Assembly (NCBI GenBank): GCA_964474975.1
Contig: CAYYUX010000003.1
Span: forward strand, 1-58,905
Length of the DNA: 58,905 nucleotides
Origin: an uncultured Thermodesulfobacteriota bacterium
GTDB lineage: Bacteria > Desulfobacterota > GWC2-55-46 > JADFVP01
Direction of reading: 5' to 3'
Part shown: piece by piece, positions 28,842-39,854 of the stretch
Numbering within the stretch: the stretch's first letter is position 1
Layout: every line of letters begins with the position of its first letter
Made by a program: the position numbers and the translations under genes
Notes under the pieces: generated by a model
The model's input: the letters and a program-made list of their open reading frames with translations, nothing else
Told to the model about the DNA's origin: nothing
Database searches by the model: none

Positions 28842-29663
28842 ATGGGTAACCCCTTCATAAGAAGACCGGCTGTTGCCGGCAGTTTTTATCCGCGCGAGCC
28901 GCAGGCGCTCAAAGCGATGATTAAAGGCTTTTGCCCGGATATTGAGAAAAAAGCGGTAAGAGCATGTATCTGTCCCCACGCCGGATATATATACTCTGGA
29001 GCCGTTGCCGGGGCAGTATACGCTGGAATTGAGATACCCGATACAGTCCTCCTTCTCGGCCCCAACCATACGGGCATGGGCGCTCCGACAGCCGTAATGA
29101 AGAGAGGTATATGGGAAACTCCCATCGGGCAGGCAGTAATTGACGAGGTGCTTGCCGATGCGGTCATAGCCTCATCACCCATATTTACTGCCGATGACGG
29201 CGCGCACCTCGAAGAGCATTCACTTGAGGTTCAGCTCCCATTTCTCTTATACCGCAACAGCGGCGTAAGGATCGTACCGATAACGCTCATGGGCTCGCGT
29301 ATTGAATCGGCCATTGAGATGGGAGAGGCCCTTGCCGGGGTACTGAAAAATTATGGCTCGCCTGTCCTTGTAGCCGTAAGCTCTGACATGAACCACTACG
29401 AGTCCGAGGCCGTCACAAGGCAAAAAGACAGCCTTGCCATTGAACGGGTGCTTGAGCTTGACGCCGAGGGGCTACTTGATGTAACGAAAGAGCAAAATAT
29501 CACCATGTGCGGTGTCTTTCCAACGGCCATCGCCCTGGTTGCAATGAAGGAGCTCGGCTGTGATACCGCCAGTCTCGTGAAACGCTCCACATCGGGTCCC
29601 ACGAGCGGAGATATGGACCACGTTGTAGGCTACGCCGGATTTACCATAAGCAGAGGGGCTTGA
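28842..29663 (+). CDS. amrB: MEMO1 family protein (AmmeMemoRadiSam system protein B)
   Basis: RRPAVAGSFYP, PHAGYIYSG, GPNHTG, EHSLEVQLPFL, SSDMNHY, TMCG, VVGYAG. Start at ATG 28842 after GGAG (ORF track extends to 28674). Confidence 0.92.
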   Translation: MGNPFIRRPAVAGSFYPREPQALKAMIKGFCPDIEKKAVRACICPHAGYIYSGAVAGAVYAGIEIPDTVLLLGPNHTGMGAPTAVMKRGIWETPIGQAVIDEVLADAVIASSPIFTADDGAHLEEHSLEVQLPFLLYRNSGVRIVPITLMGSRIESAIEMGEALAGVLKNYGSPVLVAVSSDMNHYESEAVTRQKDSLAIERVLELDAEGLLDVTKEQNITMCGVFPTAIALVAMKELGCDTASLVKRSTSGPTSGDMDHVVGYAGFTISRGA

Positions 29664-29852
29664 TTCGGAGGGAATAATGGGGAGTAAAGTTACGGTGAGG
29701 CTACAGGGAGTACGTTGATTGCGGGGAGACAGGTTGATATATACAGTATGAGGCTAATTTAAGTAGAAAACATATATTTTGTCATTAAGAACGCTCTGAA
29801 CAGGCCCGAAAAGGGCCTGCAAAACCCATAAAAAGTCTAAGGAAAATTAATA

Positions 29853-31259
29853 GTGAAAATACGCACACGTTTCGCGCCAAGTCCCACAGGCCACCTTCAC
29901 ATAGGCGGGGCAAGGACGGCGCTCTTTAACTGGCTTTACGCAAGGCACAATCACGGAACCTTTATCCTGCGCATCGAAGACTCTGACGTTGAGCGGAGTA
30001 CAGAAGAGTCCAACAAGGCCATACTCGAGGGCATGCGCTGGCTCGGTCTTGATTGGGACGAGGGCCCCTTCTATCAGAGCGAGAGCTTTGCCAAACACAG
30101 GGAACTCGCCGAAGGGCTCCTCGCGAAGGGACTCGCCTACCGATGCTACTGCACGGCAGAGGATCTTACAGAGAGGAGGGCCGCGGCACTTAAAGAGGGA
30201 CGCCCTCCCATGTACGACGGCCGGTGCAGGTCAGCCGAATTGAAGCCTGACAGGCCTTTTGCCCTGAGATTCCGCGTCCCCGAGGGCAGAACCGCCTTCA
30301 AGGACGCCATCAAGGGCGATATCTCCTTTGAAAACTCCGATATCGAGGACCTTATCCTGCTGAGAAGCGACGGCACCCCCACGTACAACCTCTGCGTAGT
30401 CATCGACGATGCTGAAATGGGCATAACCGATGTTATTCGCGGTGACGACCACATAAACAACACCCCTAAGCAGATACTACTCTACAAGGCCCTTGGCTTT
30501 GATGTACCGGGGTTTGCCCATCTGCCAATGATACTCGGTGAAGACAAGACGCGCCTCAGCAAACGTCACGGCGCCACATCTGTCATGGCCTACAGAGACA
30601 TGGGCATACTCCCCGAGGCCCTTGTGAACTACCTCGCACGTCTCGGCTGGTCTCACGGCGATGACGAGATTTTTTCACTTGAGGAGCTGAAAAAGAACTT
30701 TACCCTTGAGAATGTAGGCAAATCCTCAGGCGTCTTCAACAGCAAAAAACTCCTATGGCTTAACCAGCATTACATACAGACAACGGCCCCTGAGGGACTT
30801 CTTGATATTTTTCTATACCAGCTGAAGAGACAGGGTTTTGAATCCGCCGATGAGAAGAGGACAATTAAAATAATAAAAACCCTCCAGAGCCGAAGCACAA
30901 CAATGGAAGAGATGGCCATCGGCGCATGCTTTTACTTTAAAGACAGTGTAGAATATCAGGAAAAAGCGGCCCGTAAATTTCTCAAAACCGATAATGCCGA
31001 GCTGTTCAATACGCTCATAAAGGCCCTTTCAGAACTAAGGGAGTGGAACGAAGCCAATATCGAGGCCATATTCACCGGGATTATGGAAGACACAGGGCTG
31101 AAACTCGGCAAAATAGCCCAGCCCGTGCGCGTTGCCCTCACAGGCGGCACAATCTCGCCGGGAATATTCGAGACCATCGAGGCCATGGGCATGGAGATGG
31201 TCTTAAGACGGCTCAACGAGGCTTTGGCGTTTATAGAGGCTCAGGCCGCAGGCGCGTAG
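29853..31259 (+). CDS. gltX: Glutamate--tRNA ligase
   Basis: [17 protein letters not shown] (HIGH), LRIEDSD, IRGDDH, LSKRHG (KMSKS). Confidence 0.98.
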   Translation: MKIRTRFAPSPTGHLHIGGARTALFNWLYARHNHGTFILRIEDSDVERSTEESNKAILEGMRWLGLDWDEGPFYQSESFAKHRELAEGLLAKGLAYRCYCTAEDLTERRAAALKEGRPPMYDGRCRSAELKPDRPFALRFRVPEGRTAFKDAIKGDISFENSDIEDLILLRSDGTPTYNLCVVIDDAEMGITDVIRGDDHINNTPKQILLYKALGFDVPGFAHLPMILGEDKTRLSKRHGATSVMAYRDMGILPEALVNYLARLGWSHGDDEIFSLEELKKNFTLENVGKSSGVFNSKKLLWLNQHYIQTTAPEGLLDIFLYQLKRQGFESADEKRTIKIIKTLQSRSTTMEEMAIGACFYFKDSVEYQEKAARKFLKTDNAELFNTLIKALSELREWNEANIEAIFTGIMEDTGLKLGKIAQPVRVALTGGTISPGIFETIEAMGMEMVLRRLNEALAFIEAQAAGA

Positions 31260-31335
31260 CCGCCTTTAATTTCTGACTTTTTCCTCTGTAAGGCATTTAT
31301 ATTGGAACATATAAACAAGGACTTCGGGTAAATAT

Positions 31336-32754
31336 ATGTTTAAAAAAGTACTCGTAGCAAATAGGGGCGAGATAGCCTCAAGGGTCATAAGGGCCTGTAA
31401 AGAGCTTGGCATTGCAACAGTAGCCATATACTCGGAAAACGACACAACGGCTCTTTATGTAAAAAAAGCGGACGAGGCCTATCTAGTCGGCCCCGGTCCC
31501 ATGGAGGGGTATCTTAACATTCATCGCCTCGTCGACCTTGCCACAAGGGTGGGCGCCGAGGCCATTCACCCCGGGTATGGCTTTTTATCTGAGGACCCGA
31601 GCCTGCCGCTTCTCTGCGCAAAAGAGGGCATCACATTCATAGGCCCTACGGGCAAGACCATCGCCGACCTTGGAGACAAGATCTGCGCCCGTGAACTTAT
31701 GAAAAAAGCAGGTGTGCCTGTTCTGCCCGGGACAGAAGAGGCCGTTAAAAACGCAGATGAGGCCGTACGTTATGCCGAAGAAATCGGCTACCCCATAATG
31801 GTCAAGGCCTCGGGCGGAGGCGGCGGACGGGGGCTGCGTGTGGCGAATAACGCCTCCGAGGTACGCGAGGCCTTCGAGACATCTACAAAAGAAGCACAGT
31901 CCGCCTTCGGGCTTAGCAAGGTCTTTCTCGAAAAATACATAGAACAGCCCCATCACATCGAGTTTCAGATACTCGCCGATAACTTCGGCAATATCATTCA
32001 CCTCGGCGAGCGTGACTGCTCCATACAGAGACGGCATCAGAAACTTGTGGAGATATGCCCATCCCTTATACTTGACGATGACTTGAGAGAGAGGATGGGC
32101 GCGGCGGCCATCAAGGCCGCGAGGGCATCTGATTACACAAACGCCGGGACAGTGGAATTTCTCGTCGATAAAGAGAGAAACTTCTACTTTCTTGAGATGA
32201 ACACAAGACTGCAGGTCGAGCACCCCATTACAGAAGAGACCACCGGCCTTGACCTTGTAAAAAAACAGCTTGAGATAGCCGCGGGCATGCCCCTTGGCAT
32301 AAGTCAGGAGGATGTGAAGATAACGGGCTTTGCCATGGAATGCCGGATATGCTCGGAAGACCCTAAAAATAACTTCATGCCGAGTTTCGGCCGTGTGACC
32401 TCCTACTACTCACCGGGCGGCATCGGGGTGAGGATAGACGGCTCCATATACAAGGACTACGTAATCCCCGGCACATATGATTCCCTTATCGTAAAACTCA
32501 TCGTCAGAGGCGCAACGTGGGATGAGACCCTTAAGCGTATGGAGCGGTCTCTTGACGAATTTATAATACGAGGCGTCAAAACAACGATACCATTTCTTAA
32601 GAATATTATGAAAGACCCTGATTTCATTGAAGGTTCTTTTGACACAGGATATATACAGAGAAAACCTGAGCTTATGGAATACCGCGAGTACGGTGAGCCG
32701 TCAGACATAGTGGCCGCCGTGGCCGCCGCCATAGCCGCCCATCACGGGCTTTAA
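31336..32754 (+). CDS. pycA: Pyruvate carboxylase subunit A (biotin carboxylase)
   Basis: ANRGEIA, HPGYGFLSE, GGGGRG, ERDCSIQRRHQK, EMNTRLQVEHPITE; adjacent to the carboxyltransferase subunit. Confidence 0.9.
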   Translation: MFKKVLVANRGEIASRVIRACKELGIATVAIYSENDTTALYVKKADEAYLVGPGPMEGYLNIHRLVDLATRVGAEAIHPGYGFLSEDPSLPLLCAKEGITFIGPTGKTIADLGDKICARELMKKAGVPVLPGTEEAVKNADEAVRYAEEIGYPIMVKASGGGGGRGLRVANNASEVREAFETSTKEAQSAFGLSKVFLEKYIEQPHHIEFQILADNFGNIIHLGERDCSIQRRHQKLVEICPSLILDDDLRERMGAAAIKAARASDYTNAGTVEFLVDKERNFYFLEMNTRLQVEHPITEETTGLDLVKKQLEIAAGMPLGISQEDVKITGFAMECRICSEDPKNNFMPSFGRVTSYYSPGGIGVRIDGSIYKDYVIPGTYDSLIVKLIVRGATWDETLKRMERSLDEFIIRGVKTTIPFLKNIMKDPDFIEGSFDTGYIQRKPELMEYREYGEPSDIVAAVAAAIAAHHGL

Positions 32755-32776
32755 TAATCGGGTATGGAGAGATATT

Positions 32777-34672
32777 ATGAAAGGGGATCCATTGACTAAG
32801 AACAGTTCTGAAAAAAATGAAAACCGGAGCGTAATCTCATCGGAAAAAACCGGTATAACCGAGACGGTTCTTCGAGACGCGCACCAGTCGCTCCTTGCCA
32901 CAAGAATGAGAACCTCGGATATGCTTGAGATGGCCGGCGAGCTCGACAGAGTCGGCTACTGGAGCCTCGAGGTCTGGGGCGGCGCCACCTTTGACACCTG
33001 TCTAAGATACCTGAAAGAAGACCCCTGGGAGAGGCTCCGCGCCCTCAGAAAGGCCATACCCAACACCCGGCTTCAGATGCTCCTTCGAGGCCAGAACCTT
33101 GTGGGCTACAGGCACTACGCCGATGATCTCGTAAAGAAATTCATTAAGAGGGCGGCCAAAAACGGCATAGACGTATTCAGAATCTTCGACGCCCTGAATG
33201 ACACAAGAAACCTCAGCACCTCCATTCGCGCGGCAAAAGAGGCCGGGTGTATCGTAGAGGCGACTATCTGCTACACAACGAGCCCTGTTCACACGAACGA
33301 AACCTTTGTAAATCTCGCAGAAAAACTCGCTGAGATGGGCTCTGATACTATATGCCTGAAAGACATGGCGGGTCTTCTCACGCCCGAGGCCGCCTTTAAC
33401 CTTGTGGACCTTCTGAAGGAACGTGTAGACCTGCCTATTCACATGCATTCACACGACTCCTGCGGCCTTGCCTCCATGAGCTATTTGAAGGGCGTAGAGG
33501 CCGGCGCCGCCATCATAGACACGGCCCTTTCGAGCCTTGCATCAGGCACTGCCCAGCCTCCCACGGAGAGCCTCGTAGCGGCCTTTGAGGGTACCCCCTT
33601 TGATACGGGCCTTGACCTCTCGCTTATCTCCGAGATATCAGACCGTTTCAGGGAGATAAGAAAAAAATACAGCCGCTTCGAGTCTGAACATACGGCCATA
33701 AACACAAAAATCCTCATATCCCAGATACCGGGCGGCATGATGAGCAACCTTGCCAACCAGTTAAAAGAGCAGGGCGCTATAGAACGGATGGGAGATGTCC
33801 TTAAAGAGATACCTAAAGTAAGAAAAGAGATGGGCTACCCTCCCCTTGTGACGCCGACGAGCCAGGTAGTAGGCACTCAGGCCACTCTCAACGTCCTCAC
33901 AGGCGAGAGATATAAAGTCATAACGAGTGAGACGCGAAATTACTTCAGAAACCTCTACGGCACCCCTCCCGGCCTTATTGACGAAGAGGCGAGACGTCTG
34001 GCCATAGGCGATGAAAAACCAATTGACTGCCGCCCGGCTGATCTTCTGGAGCCCGAGCTTGACAGAATTACAAGAGAGATTGACGGAAAGGCACACTCCA
34101 TAGAAGACGTATTGAGCTACGCCCTCTTCCCCGTTGTAGCCATGGAATTTCTCGAAGAGAGAGAAGCGGGAACCCTTGAACCGGAAGCCCTTGAGACACC
34201 TGAAGAGGCCCTTCCAGAGGCCCCCATGCCCCATTTTGCACCAACGGAGTTCATTGCCACAGTCCATGGCGAGTCATACAAGGTCAAGATAGCGGGGAGC
34301 GGACACAAAGTAGAGGGGAAACGTCCCTTTTTCATAATGATAGACAACCGCCTTGAAGAGGTCATATTAGAGACTCTCACGGAGATAATCCCAACACTGG
34401 CCGGCGAGGTGGAAACGCCATCAATGTCAGAGTCCTACAGGCCAAGGGCCAGGGACGACGGCGATGTGACTACGCCAATCCCCGGCAAAGTCACATCCAT
34501 TACCGTCTCCGTGGGCGATACTGTCTCGGAAGGAGATGTTGTACTTACAGTAGAGGCTATGAAGATGGAGAATAAGGTCCATACACCCATAAAAGGTGTG
34601 GTAAAGGAAATTCTTGTAAAGATCGGAGACAATGTTAATCCCGATGAGACGCTCATCAGGATAGAAAAGTAG
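32777..34672 (+). CDS. pycB: Pyruvate carboxylase subunit B (carboxyltransferase plus biotin carrier)
   Basis: RDAHQSLLATRM, WGGATFD, LRGQNLVGY, KDMAG, PPLVTPTSQ, VHGESY linker, EAMKM biotin site. Confidence 0.9.
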   Translation: MKGDPLTKNSSEKNENRSVISSEKTGITETVLRDAHQSLLATRMRTSDMLEMAGELDRVGYWSLEVWGGATFDTCLRYLKEDPWERLRALRKAIPNTRLQMLLRGQNLVGYRHYADDLVKKFIKRAAKNGIDVFRIFDALNDTRNLSTSIRAAKEAGCIVEATICYTTSPVHTNETFVNLAEKLAEMGSDTICLKDMAGLLTPEAAFNLVDLLKERVDLPIHMHSHDSCGLASMSYLKGVEAGAAIIDTALSSLASGTAQPPTESLVAAFEGTPFDTGLDLSLISEISDRFREIRKKYSRFESEHTAINTKILISQIPGGMMSNLANQLKEQGAIERMGDVLKEIPKVRKEMGYPPLVTPTSQVVGTQATLNVLTGERYKVITSETRNYFRNLYGTPPGLIDEEARRLAIGDEKPIDCRPADLLEPELDRITREIDGKAHSIEDVLSYALFPVVAMEFLEEREAGTLEPEALETPEEALPEAPMPHFAPTEFIATVHGESYKVKIAGSGHKVEGKRPFFIMIDNRLEEVILETLTEIIPTLAGEVETPSMSESYRPRARDDGDVTTPIPGKVTSITVSVGDTVSEGDVVLTVEAMKMENKVHTPIKGVVKEILVKIGDNVNPDETLIRIEK

Positions 34673-34682
34673 CGGCATTATT

Positions 34683-35564
34683 ATGCCCGTTATTCTAAAG
34701 ACCTTTGAAGTTGTCTTTCCCGTATTTGCTATAATCGCCACGGGCTATCTATTCGCTCGATTCAAGAAGATAGAGTTTGCCCCCATAGTTGATATTCTCC
34801 TTTACATCACCATACCTGCCCTTGTAATATCATCTCTCTCAAGAAAAGTCCTGCATACGGAGCTTGTCTTCACCGTAGTTCTATCGGCTTGCGCCGTGGT
34901 GCTGATCACGGGTTTAATTGCCTTTTTATATCTTCTGCTTACGGGGAAAAAAGGTCTGCGTGGTTTTTACCTGCCCACCATGTTCATGAACACGGGAAAT
35001 ATGGGGCTACCCCTTGCCCTGCTCGCTTTTGGTGTAGACGGGCTTACAGTGGCGGTGCTTTACTATGTGACTATGAGCATACTCGTCTATACGGCAGGTA
35101 TTTATATAGCAAGAGGCAGAGGCGGCTTTCGGGAAGTACTGAGGCTTCCTCTCATATACGCCGCCATAACGGCCATAGTCCTCGGCGCTCTCCAGATAAA
35201 AATACCCGGCCCCCTGCTAACGAGTATTGACATGTTGGGTACGGCTACCATCCCCCTTATGCAGTTAAGCCTCGGATACAGGCTTTACTCGACAAAACTT
35301 TCCACTCCCGGGGTAACGCTGGCGAGTTCCATTATCAGGCTTGGCGGAGGTTTTGCTATCGCCCTACTTATCGTCAGTATCTTTCACATAGGAGGCGTTA
35401 CAGGTAAGGTTATCATCCTCTCGTCGAGCATGCCCTCGGCTGTAATAAACTTCATAGTAAGCCAGCGTTATAACCTGAACACGGACTTTGTCTCATCTTC
35501 CGTGGCCCTAAGCACCCTGCTGAGCGCCATTACCATACCGCTAATCCTTATCTGGCTAATGTAG
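34683..35564 (+). CDS. AEC family (auxin efflux carrier-like) transporter
   Basis: About 10 TM helices; PVFAIIATGY, YITIPAL, NTGNMGLP, SMPSAV, SSVALSTLLS. Confidence 0.85.
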   Translation: MPVILKTFEVVFPVFAIIATGYLFARFKKIEFAPIVDILLYITIPALVISSLSRKVLHTELVFTVVLSACAVVLITGLIAFLYLLLTGKKGLRGFYLPTMFMNTGNMGLPLALLAFGVDGLTVAVLYYVTMSILVYTAGIYIARGRGGFREVLRLPLIYAAITAIVLGALQIKIPGPLLTSIDMLGTATIPLMQLSLGYRLYSTKLSTPGVTLASSIIRLGGGFAIALLIVSIFHIGGVTGKVIILSSSMPSAVINFIVSQRYNLNTDFVSSSVALSTLLSAITIPLILIWLM

Positions 35565-35672
35565 ATGCCGCGAGGCTACGTAATGCGTCTTCTCAATAGT
35601 TATACAATCGGCACAACATTGGTTTTCTTTGCCAAGCTTTCTTTTTTCCAAAAGAAAGCGGAAGTTTTTAGT

Positions 35673-36728
35673 TTAGGCATTTACTTTTATACGCCATCCC
35701 TCTTCCTCTGCCGCCACAGAGCCGATAATCGATGCCTCAAGGCCACTTGCCTTAAGCCTCTCAAGAAGGGCTGCCGAATCCCTCTCAGCTACAGAGATAA
35801 GGAGCCCGCCCGAGGTCTGCGGGTCGAAAAGGACAAGTTCCAGCGCTTCTCCAAGGTCATTAGAGAGCTGAAGTCTCTCAAGAAGGGCCTCCCTGCTTGA
35901 GGCGATAGTCTTTGGGCGAAACTTCTTTTTCTTTACAAAATCCAGGGCCTGCGGGAATATTTTCACGGCCCCGGCGTTTATTATAAAATTGACCTTTGAG
36001 GCCTCGCACATCTCCATGGCATGGCCGAGCAGTCCGTAGCCCGTAATATCCGTGCATCCCCCAACATCAGCTCCGCTCATGGAGGCAAGGGCGGATTTAT
36101 TAAGTGTTACCATAGAGACGATGGCCGGGGCGGCATCTGCAAGTTTCATCTTACCTGCTTTGAGGGCGCTGGTTATGATACCGACGCCTATGGGTTTTGT
36201 TAATATTAGCCTATCGCCGATACGAGCCCCCGCGTTAGTCAGAATTTTATCGGGATGGACAAAGCCCGTTACAGAGAGGCCGTACTTTATCTCGCTGTCC
36301 TCGACGGAATGGCCTCCCACGGTCAGGACTCCGGCCTCATTCATCTTGTCCATGCCGCCTCTGAGGATATCACCGAGTATGGACATATCCAGCGCCTTTG
36401 GAAAACCAACGATATTCATGGCGAGCCTCGGTACTCCTCCCATAGCGTATACATCTGAGAGGGAGTTGGCGGCCGCGATCTGGCCGAAGGTATAGGGGTC
36501 GTCCACAATGGGTGGGAAAAAATCCAGTGTGGTAATTATGGCCGAGTCATCTGAGAGTCTGTATACACCGGCGTCATCGGCGGTATTAAAGCCAACGAGA
36601 AGGTCTTTATCAGAGACTCGCGGTAGCTGACGCAGGACCTGCGCCAGGGCATCCTTGCCGATTTTAGCCGCTCAACCGGCACAGCTTGCCCAGTCCGTAA
36701 GTTTTATCTCTTTACCGCTCTTGAACAT
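35673..36728 (-). CDS. selD: Selenide, water dikinase; selenoprotein with in-frame UGA (Sec) at codon 19
   Basis: From ATG 36728 (AGGAG SD): MFKSGKEIKLTDWASCAG-U-AAKIG...DDAGVY...LDFFPPIVDDPYTFGQIAAANSLSDVYAMGG...TDITGYGLLGH...DPQTSGGLL; 351 aa. TGA at 36674-36672. Confidence 0.95.
36629..36671 (-). promoter_or_regulatory. Bacterial SECIS element of selD
   Basis: Immediately 3' of the UGA; apical hairpin GGCGCAG GUC CUGCGUC about 27-43 nt downstream, resembling the E. coli fdhF SECIS core GCAGGUCUGC. Confidence 0.75.
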
Positions 36729-36749
36729 TTGAAACTCCTCTGTAAGAGG

Positions 36750-38753
36750 TTATCGCAGGGTTCGAGTATCGCCCTTACGCATGGTAATACCCTGCCTGTC
36801 AAAATACTCCAGTATCAGGATGGCGAGTTTTCTGCCGCACCCCAGTATATCACGGCATTGTCCCGCCGTAATACTGCCTTGAGTTGTAATATAGGCAATA
36901 CACTCTTCGCGTGACTTTTTAATGGCTGAGGCACCTATAAAAACGCCGCGTTTGAGACTTATGAGAGAGCCTTTTTTTTTCATGTAGGCGATAAGGTCAT
37001 CTAGTTCTTTTACAGTAGTTGCAAGGGGACTTAACTCTTCTTTTTTTGTAATACTTAAGCCCCGTCTCTGGAGAAGGCCCTTGATTTTTTTCTCAAGCAT
37101 AGACTCAGACTCAGCAGGGCCGGGGCCGAGCCCCTTTATGGAGAGCCTCGCGTCCCTTAACTCAATGTCTTCTTCTGCAGGGAGTTCTTCGGCGATGAGC
37201 CTGTAAAGGGGCCTCATGTTCGGCGCGTACCGCTCTTTTCGGATGGCCGAATATTGGGAGGCGAGGTCTTCGGGAGCAAGACCATCTTCAAGGGGGTGTG
37301 CCTCGTGATAGGCAACAAGAAGTGCCTTCATTGTTTTTTTAATATGACCTACAGCATGAACAGAGAGAAGGTATCCTCCATTCATATAAAAACCGCCATT
37401 ATCAAGTACGCCCTTATCTCTGAGAAAGGCCACGACATTATCGTCCCTGAGATTTAGAAGAAGGGATAATGTTCTAATATCAAGGCCCGGTCGGGCGACG
37501 GTAAAAAACATAGATAGCGCCATGACCGGAAGATTAACGCCGTCGTCAATCTCAGCATTGCCTCCTTCATGACATGAAGCAAGAGACTTAAAACGCGGCA
37601 CAAAATCGCGGCAGGGATAGGAAAAAATAACACGGCCTCCGCCTACCGTCGCATTAACGGAAGGGTCGCGGAGGATAAATCTATCTGCGGACATCATGGG
37701 CATGACGCGCTTAAGAAAGAGCCGCCCCATGGTCCGCCCGCCCGGGCGGGCGTTATCTGGATTTACGAAGCGAACACGGGCAAGTGCCTCGCCTGTGTGA
37801 TGATGAACCTTTATAAGGGAGTTGTCCTTGATTCCAGTTAAGTTTTTTTTGGCGTCCCCCGCAGTGCCTGTAAAATCGAAGAGGCAGTCTATAACAGGAC
37901 TCATTGATATAAAGGGCGCAAGCTCCGGAGCCATAAGACAGGAGCCTCTCTTTATTGCCTTTGAGGAGAGACCAGAGAGGTTTATGGCGCTCCTATCCCC
38001 TGCGGATACACTTGATACGGATAGATGTGTGGACTGCAGGGCCCGCACCCTGATTTTAGCCCCAGATGGATACTCGAGAAGGGCAGTATCTTTTGCAAAA
38101 AAACCGTCTGCAACTGTGCCGGTAACTACAGTGCCGAAGCCCTTGATGGAAAAAGACCTGTCAACAGGCAGACGAAAATACCGCTGGACGCCATGGCCTT
38201 CATACTCGCCTTTTCTGGTGATGAGGAATTTAGCGATGGCCTCCCTGAGAGTATCAAGGCCCGCGCCTGTCTTTGTTGAGACTGGAATGAGAGGTGCGGC
38301 CTCGAATGGCGTGCCTTTTGAGAGGGCACATATATTTTTTTTAACGGCAGTAATTCTTTCACTATCAGCAAGGTCGGTTTTTGTAATGATGAAAAAAACA
38401 TTCTTGATGCCAAGGAGTCTGATTATTTCAAAATGCTCAATGGTCTGCGGCATTATGCCGTCGTCAACGGCCACAGTAAAGAGGACGAGGTCCATTCCCG
38501 TGGCGCCGACGAGCATATTTTTAATGAAGCGTTCATGACCGGGGACATCGACGATAGCGGCGCGGTATGAATCGCCATTATGAGTAAAATCAATATAGGC
38601 AAAACCAAGGTCAATGGTCAGGCCGCGCCTTTTTTCCTCTTTTAATCTATCGGTATCAATCGATGTAAGGGCCTTTATGAGAGAGGTCTTGCCGTGGTCG
38701 ACATGACCTGCAGTACCTATTATTAGAGAAACCCTCTTTACCCTCTTATCCAT
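36750..38753 (-). CDS. selB: Selenocysteine-specific translation elongation factor
   Basis: [56 protein letters not shown]-terminal winged helix [12 protein letters not shown]. Confidence 0.96.
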   Translation of the reverse strand: MDKRVKRVSLIIGTAGHVDHGKTSLIKALTSIDTDRLKEEKRRGLTIDLGFAYIDFTHNGDSYRAAIVDVPGHERFIKNMLVGATGMDLVLFTVAVDDGIMPQTIEHFEIIRLLGIKNVFFIITKTDLADSERITAVKKNICALSKGTPFEAAPLIPVSTKTGAGLDTLREAIAKFLITRKGEYEGHGVQRYFRLPVDRSFSIKGFGTVVTGTVADGFFAKDTALLEYPSGAKIRVRALQSTHLSVSSVSAGDRSAINLSGLSSKAIKRGSCLMAPELAPFISMSPVIDCLFDFTGTAGDAKKNLTGIKDNSLIKVHHHTGEALARVRFVNPDNARPGGRTMGRLFLKRVMPMMSADRFILRDPSVNATVGGGRVIFSYPCRDFVPRFKSLASCHEGGNAEIDDGVNLPVMALSMFFTVARPGLDIRTLSLLLNLRDDNVVAFLRDKGVLDNGGFYMNGGYLLSVHAVGHIKKTMKALLVAYHEAHPLEDGLAPEDLASQYSAIRKERYAPNMRPLYRLIAEELPAEEDIELRDARLSIKGLGPGPAESESMLEKKIKGLLQRRGLSITKKEELSPLATTVKELDDLIAYMKKKGSLISLKRGVFIGASAIKKSREECIAYITTQGSITAGQCRDILGCGRKLAILILEYFDRQGITMRKGDTRTLR

Positions 38754-38940
38754 TTACGCGCCTCGAAGATGGAGATGACTCACCTTCCATGGGTCATGCT
38801 TTAAGAAGCAAATATTCCCATGGTGTTATTTCCTTCAGATTATAACATGAAATTCGGGAATGCAAATTTGAGTTTTATTATTATCACTTACAGAAAAGCA
38901 GGCATTAAGAGGTGGACACAGGGCAAAGCAGATGAAAAAC

Positions 38941-39330
38941 TTAAAAGCCTTTTTCTCTTTCGAGAATATACTTAAGGAGGCGTCTGTGGCAGAGGTTACC
39001 GTCACGGCATGTGCAGAGAAGTGTCACAGGAGCAGACGACGGAAGTCCCTCAGATGCGGTCATATCAGCGTTTTTGATGATTGATGCGGCATTGTCAAGG
39101 GCCTCTCTCTTGGAGGAAGACTCAAACTCCGCCATATAGAGCGCTCTAAACTCCGGCCATGTAATCTGAGCTGACTTCCATGCCTTTATAAGCAGAGGCT
39201 CCGGTCCAAGGTGACGGAACCATAGGTCAGACCTCTCTTTTTTAACACCCCTCGGCCAGTATCGCGTTACAAGTACCCGCAGGCCGTCTCCAGTCTCAAT
39301 GGGGTCGTAGATGGATTTGGTTTTCAACAT
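38941..39330 (-). CDS. DUF488 family protein (YeaO-like)
   Basis: KSIYD...DGLRVLVTRYWPRGVKKE...W...LGP...W.EF...Y..E; VTLLC...CHR. Confidence 0.85.
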   Translation of the reverse strand: MLKTKSIYDPIETGDGLRVLVTRYWPRGVKKERSDLWFRHLGPEPLLIKAWKSAQITWPEFRALYMAEFESSSKREALDNAASIIKNADMTASEGLPSSAPVTLLCTCRDGNLCHRRLLKYILEREKGF

Positions 39331-39380
39331 GACGCGAACCGTAAGGTTAGGCAGTCTCGGAGTGTCGTATCTGCGGGGAT

Positions 39381-39412
39381 AGGGTTTTTGCGGTCATGGC
39401 CGCAAAAACCCT
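39381..39412. terminator. Strong 13-bp hairpin 3' of the DsrE-like gene
   Basis: AGGGTTTTTGCGG TCATGG CCGCAAAAACCCT; no U-tract after the stem, so it may be an RNA-stabilising hairpin rather than a terminator. Confidence 0.5.
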
Positions 39413-39425
39413 CAGCCCGATAAGC

Positions 39426-39854
39426 TCATATATATAGGGTGTGGTTCGAGCCCTTAACCATCTCCATAAAGGCCACAAGGCCCATGCTCGAATCCACTAC
39501 GTCAAGTAGTTCATCGCGGGCTATGTTCAGCACAGCCATGCTTGCGGTGCAGGCATAGAGCTTGATATCTCCGAACCTCTTTGCCGTTACGAGCATCTCG
39601 CTGATGCTGTCAAAGGTGCCTCGGTCGAGGTTCTTTTGAATCTCATCCTTAAAGGGCGCCGGTTCTCCCTCTATGACCACCTTGTCGGTAAAACCCTTTA
39701 CAAGACGTTTGAGCGCCCCGTAGCTGAAAAATATCCGCACCTTACCGCCTGTTGCAAGGACGACATTGGTGATGGACATGGCGTGATAGACCCTGTCGTA
39801 AGAGCCGGAGTGGAGGAATATACAGAGGCTGTATTTGTCCTTATCTTCACTCAT
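39426..39854 (-). CDS. DsrE/DsrF/DrsH-like family protein
   Basis: LCIFLHSGSYDRVYHAMSI..V.LATGGKVRIFFSYGALKRL and KLYACTASM with a single conserved Cys; ends in TLYI, typical of the family. Confidence 0.75.
   Translation of the reverse strand: MSEDKDKYSLCIFLHSGSYDRVYHAMSITNVVLATGGKVRIFFSYGALKRLVKGFTDKVVIEGEPAPFKDEIQKNLDRGTFDSISEMLVTAKRFGDIKLYACTASMAVLNIARDELLDVVDSSMGLVAFMEMVKGSNHTLYI

Noticed and set aside
31585-32223. 212-aa minus-strand ORF
   Set aside because: Antisense to pycA; no motifs or RBS.
37822-38538. 238-aa plus-strand ORF
   Set aside because: Antisense shadow of selB.
38754-38940. Search for tRNA-Sec (selC) upstream of selB; short hairpin ATGGAG..CTTCCAT present
   Set aside because: No cloverleaf, no UCA anticodon arm and no TTC T-loop.
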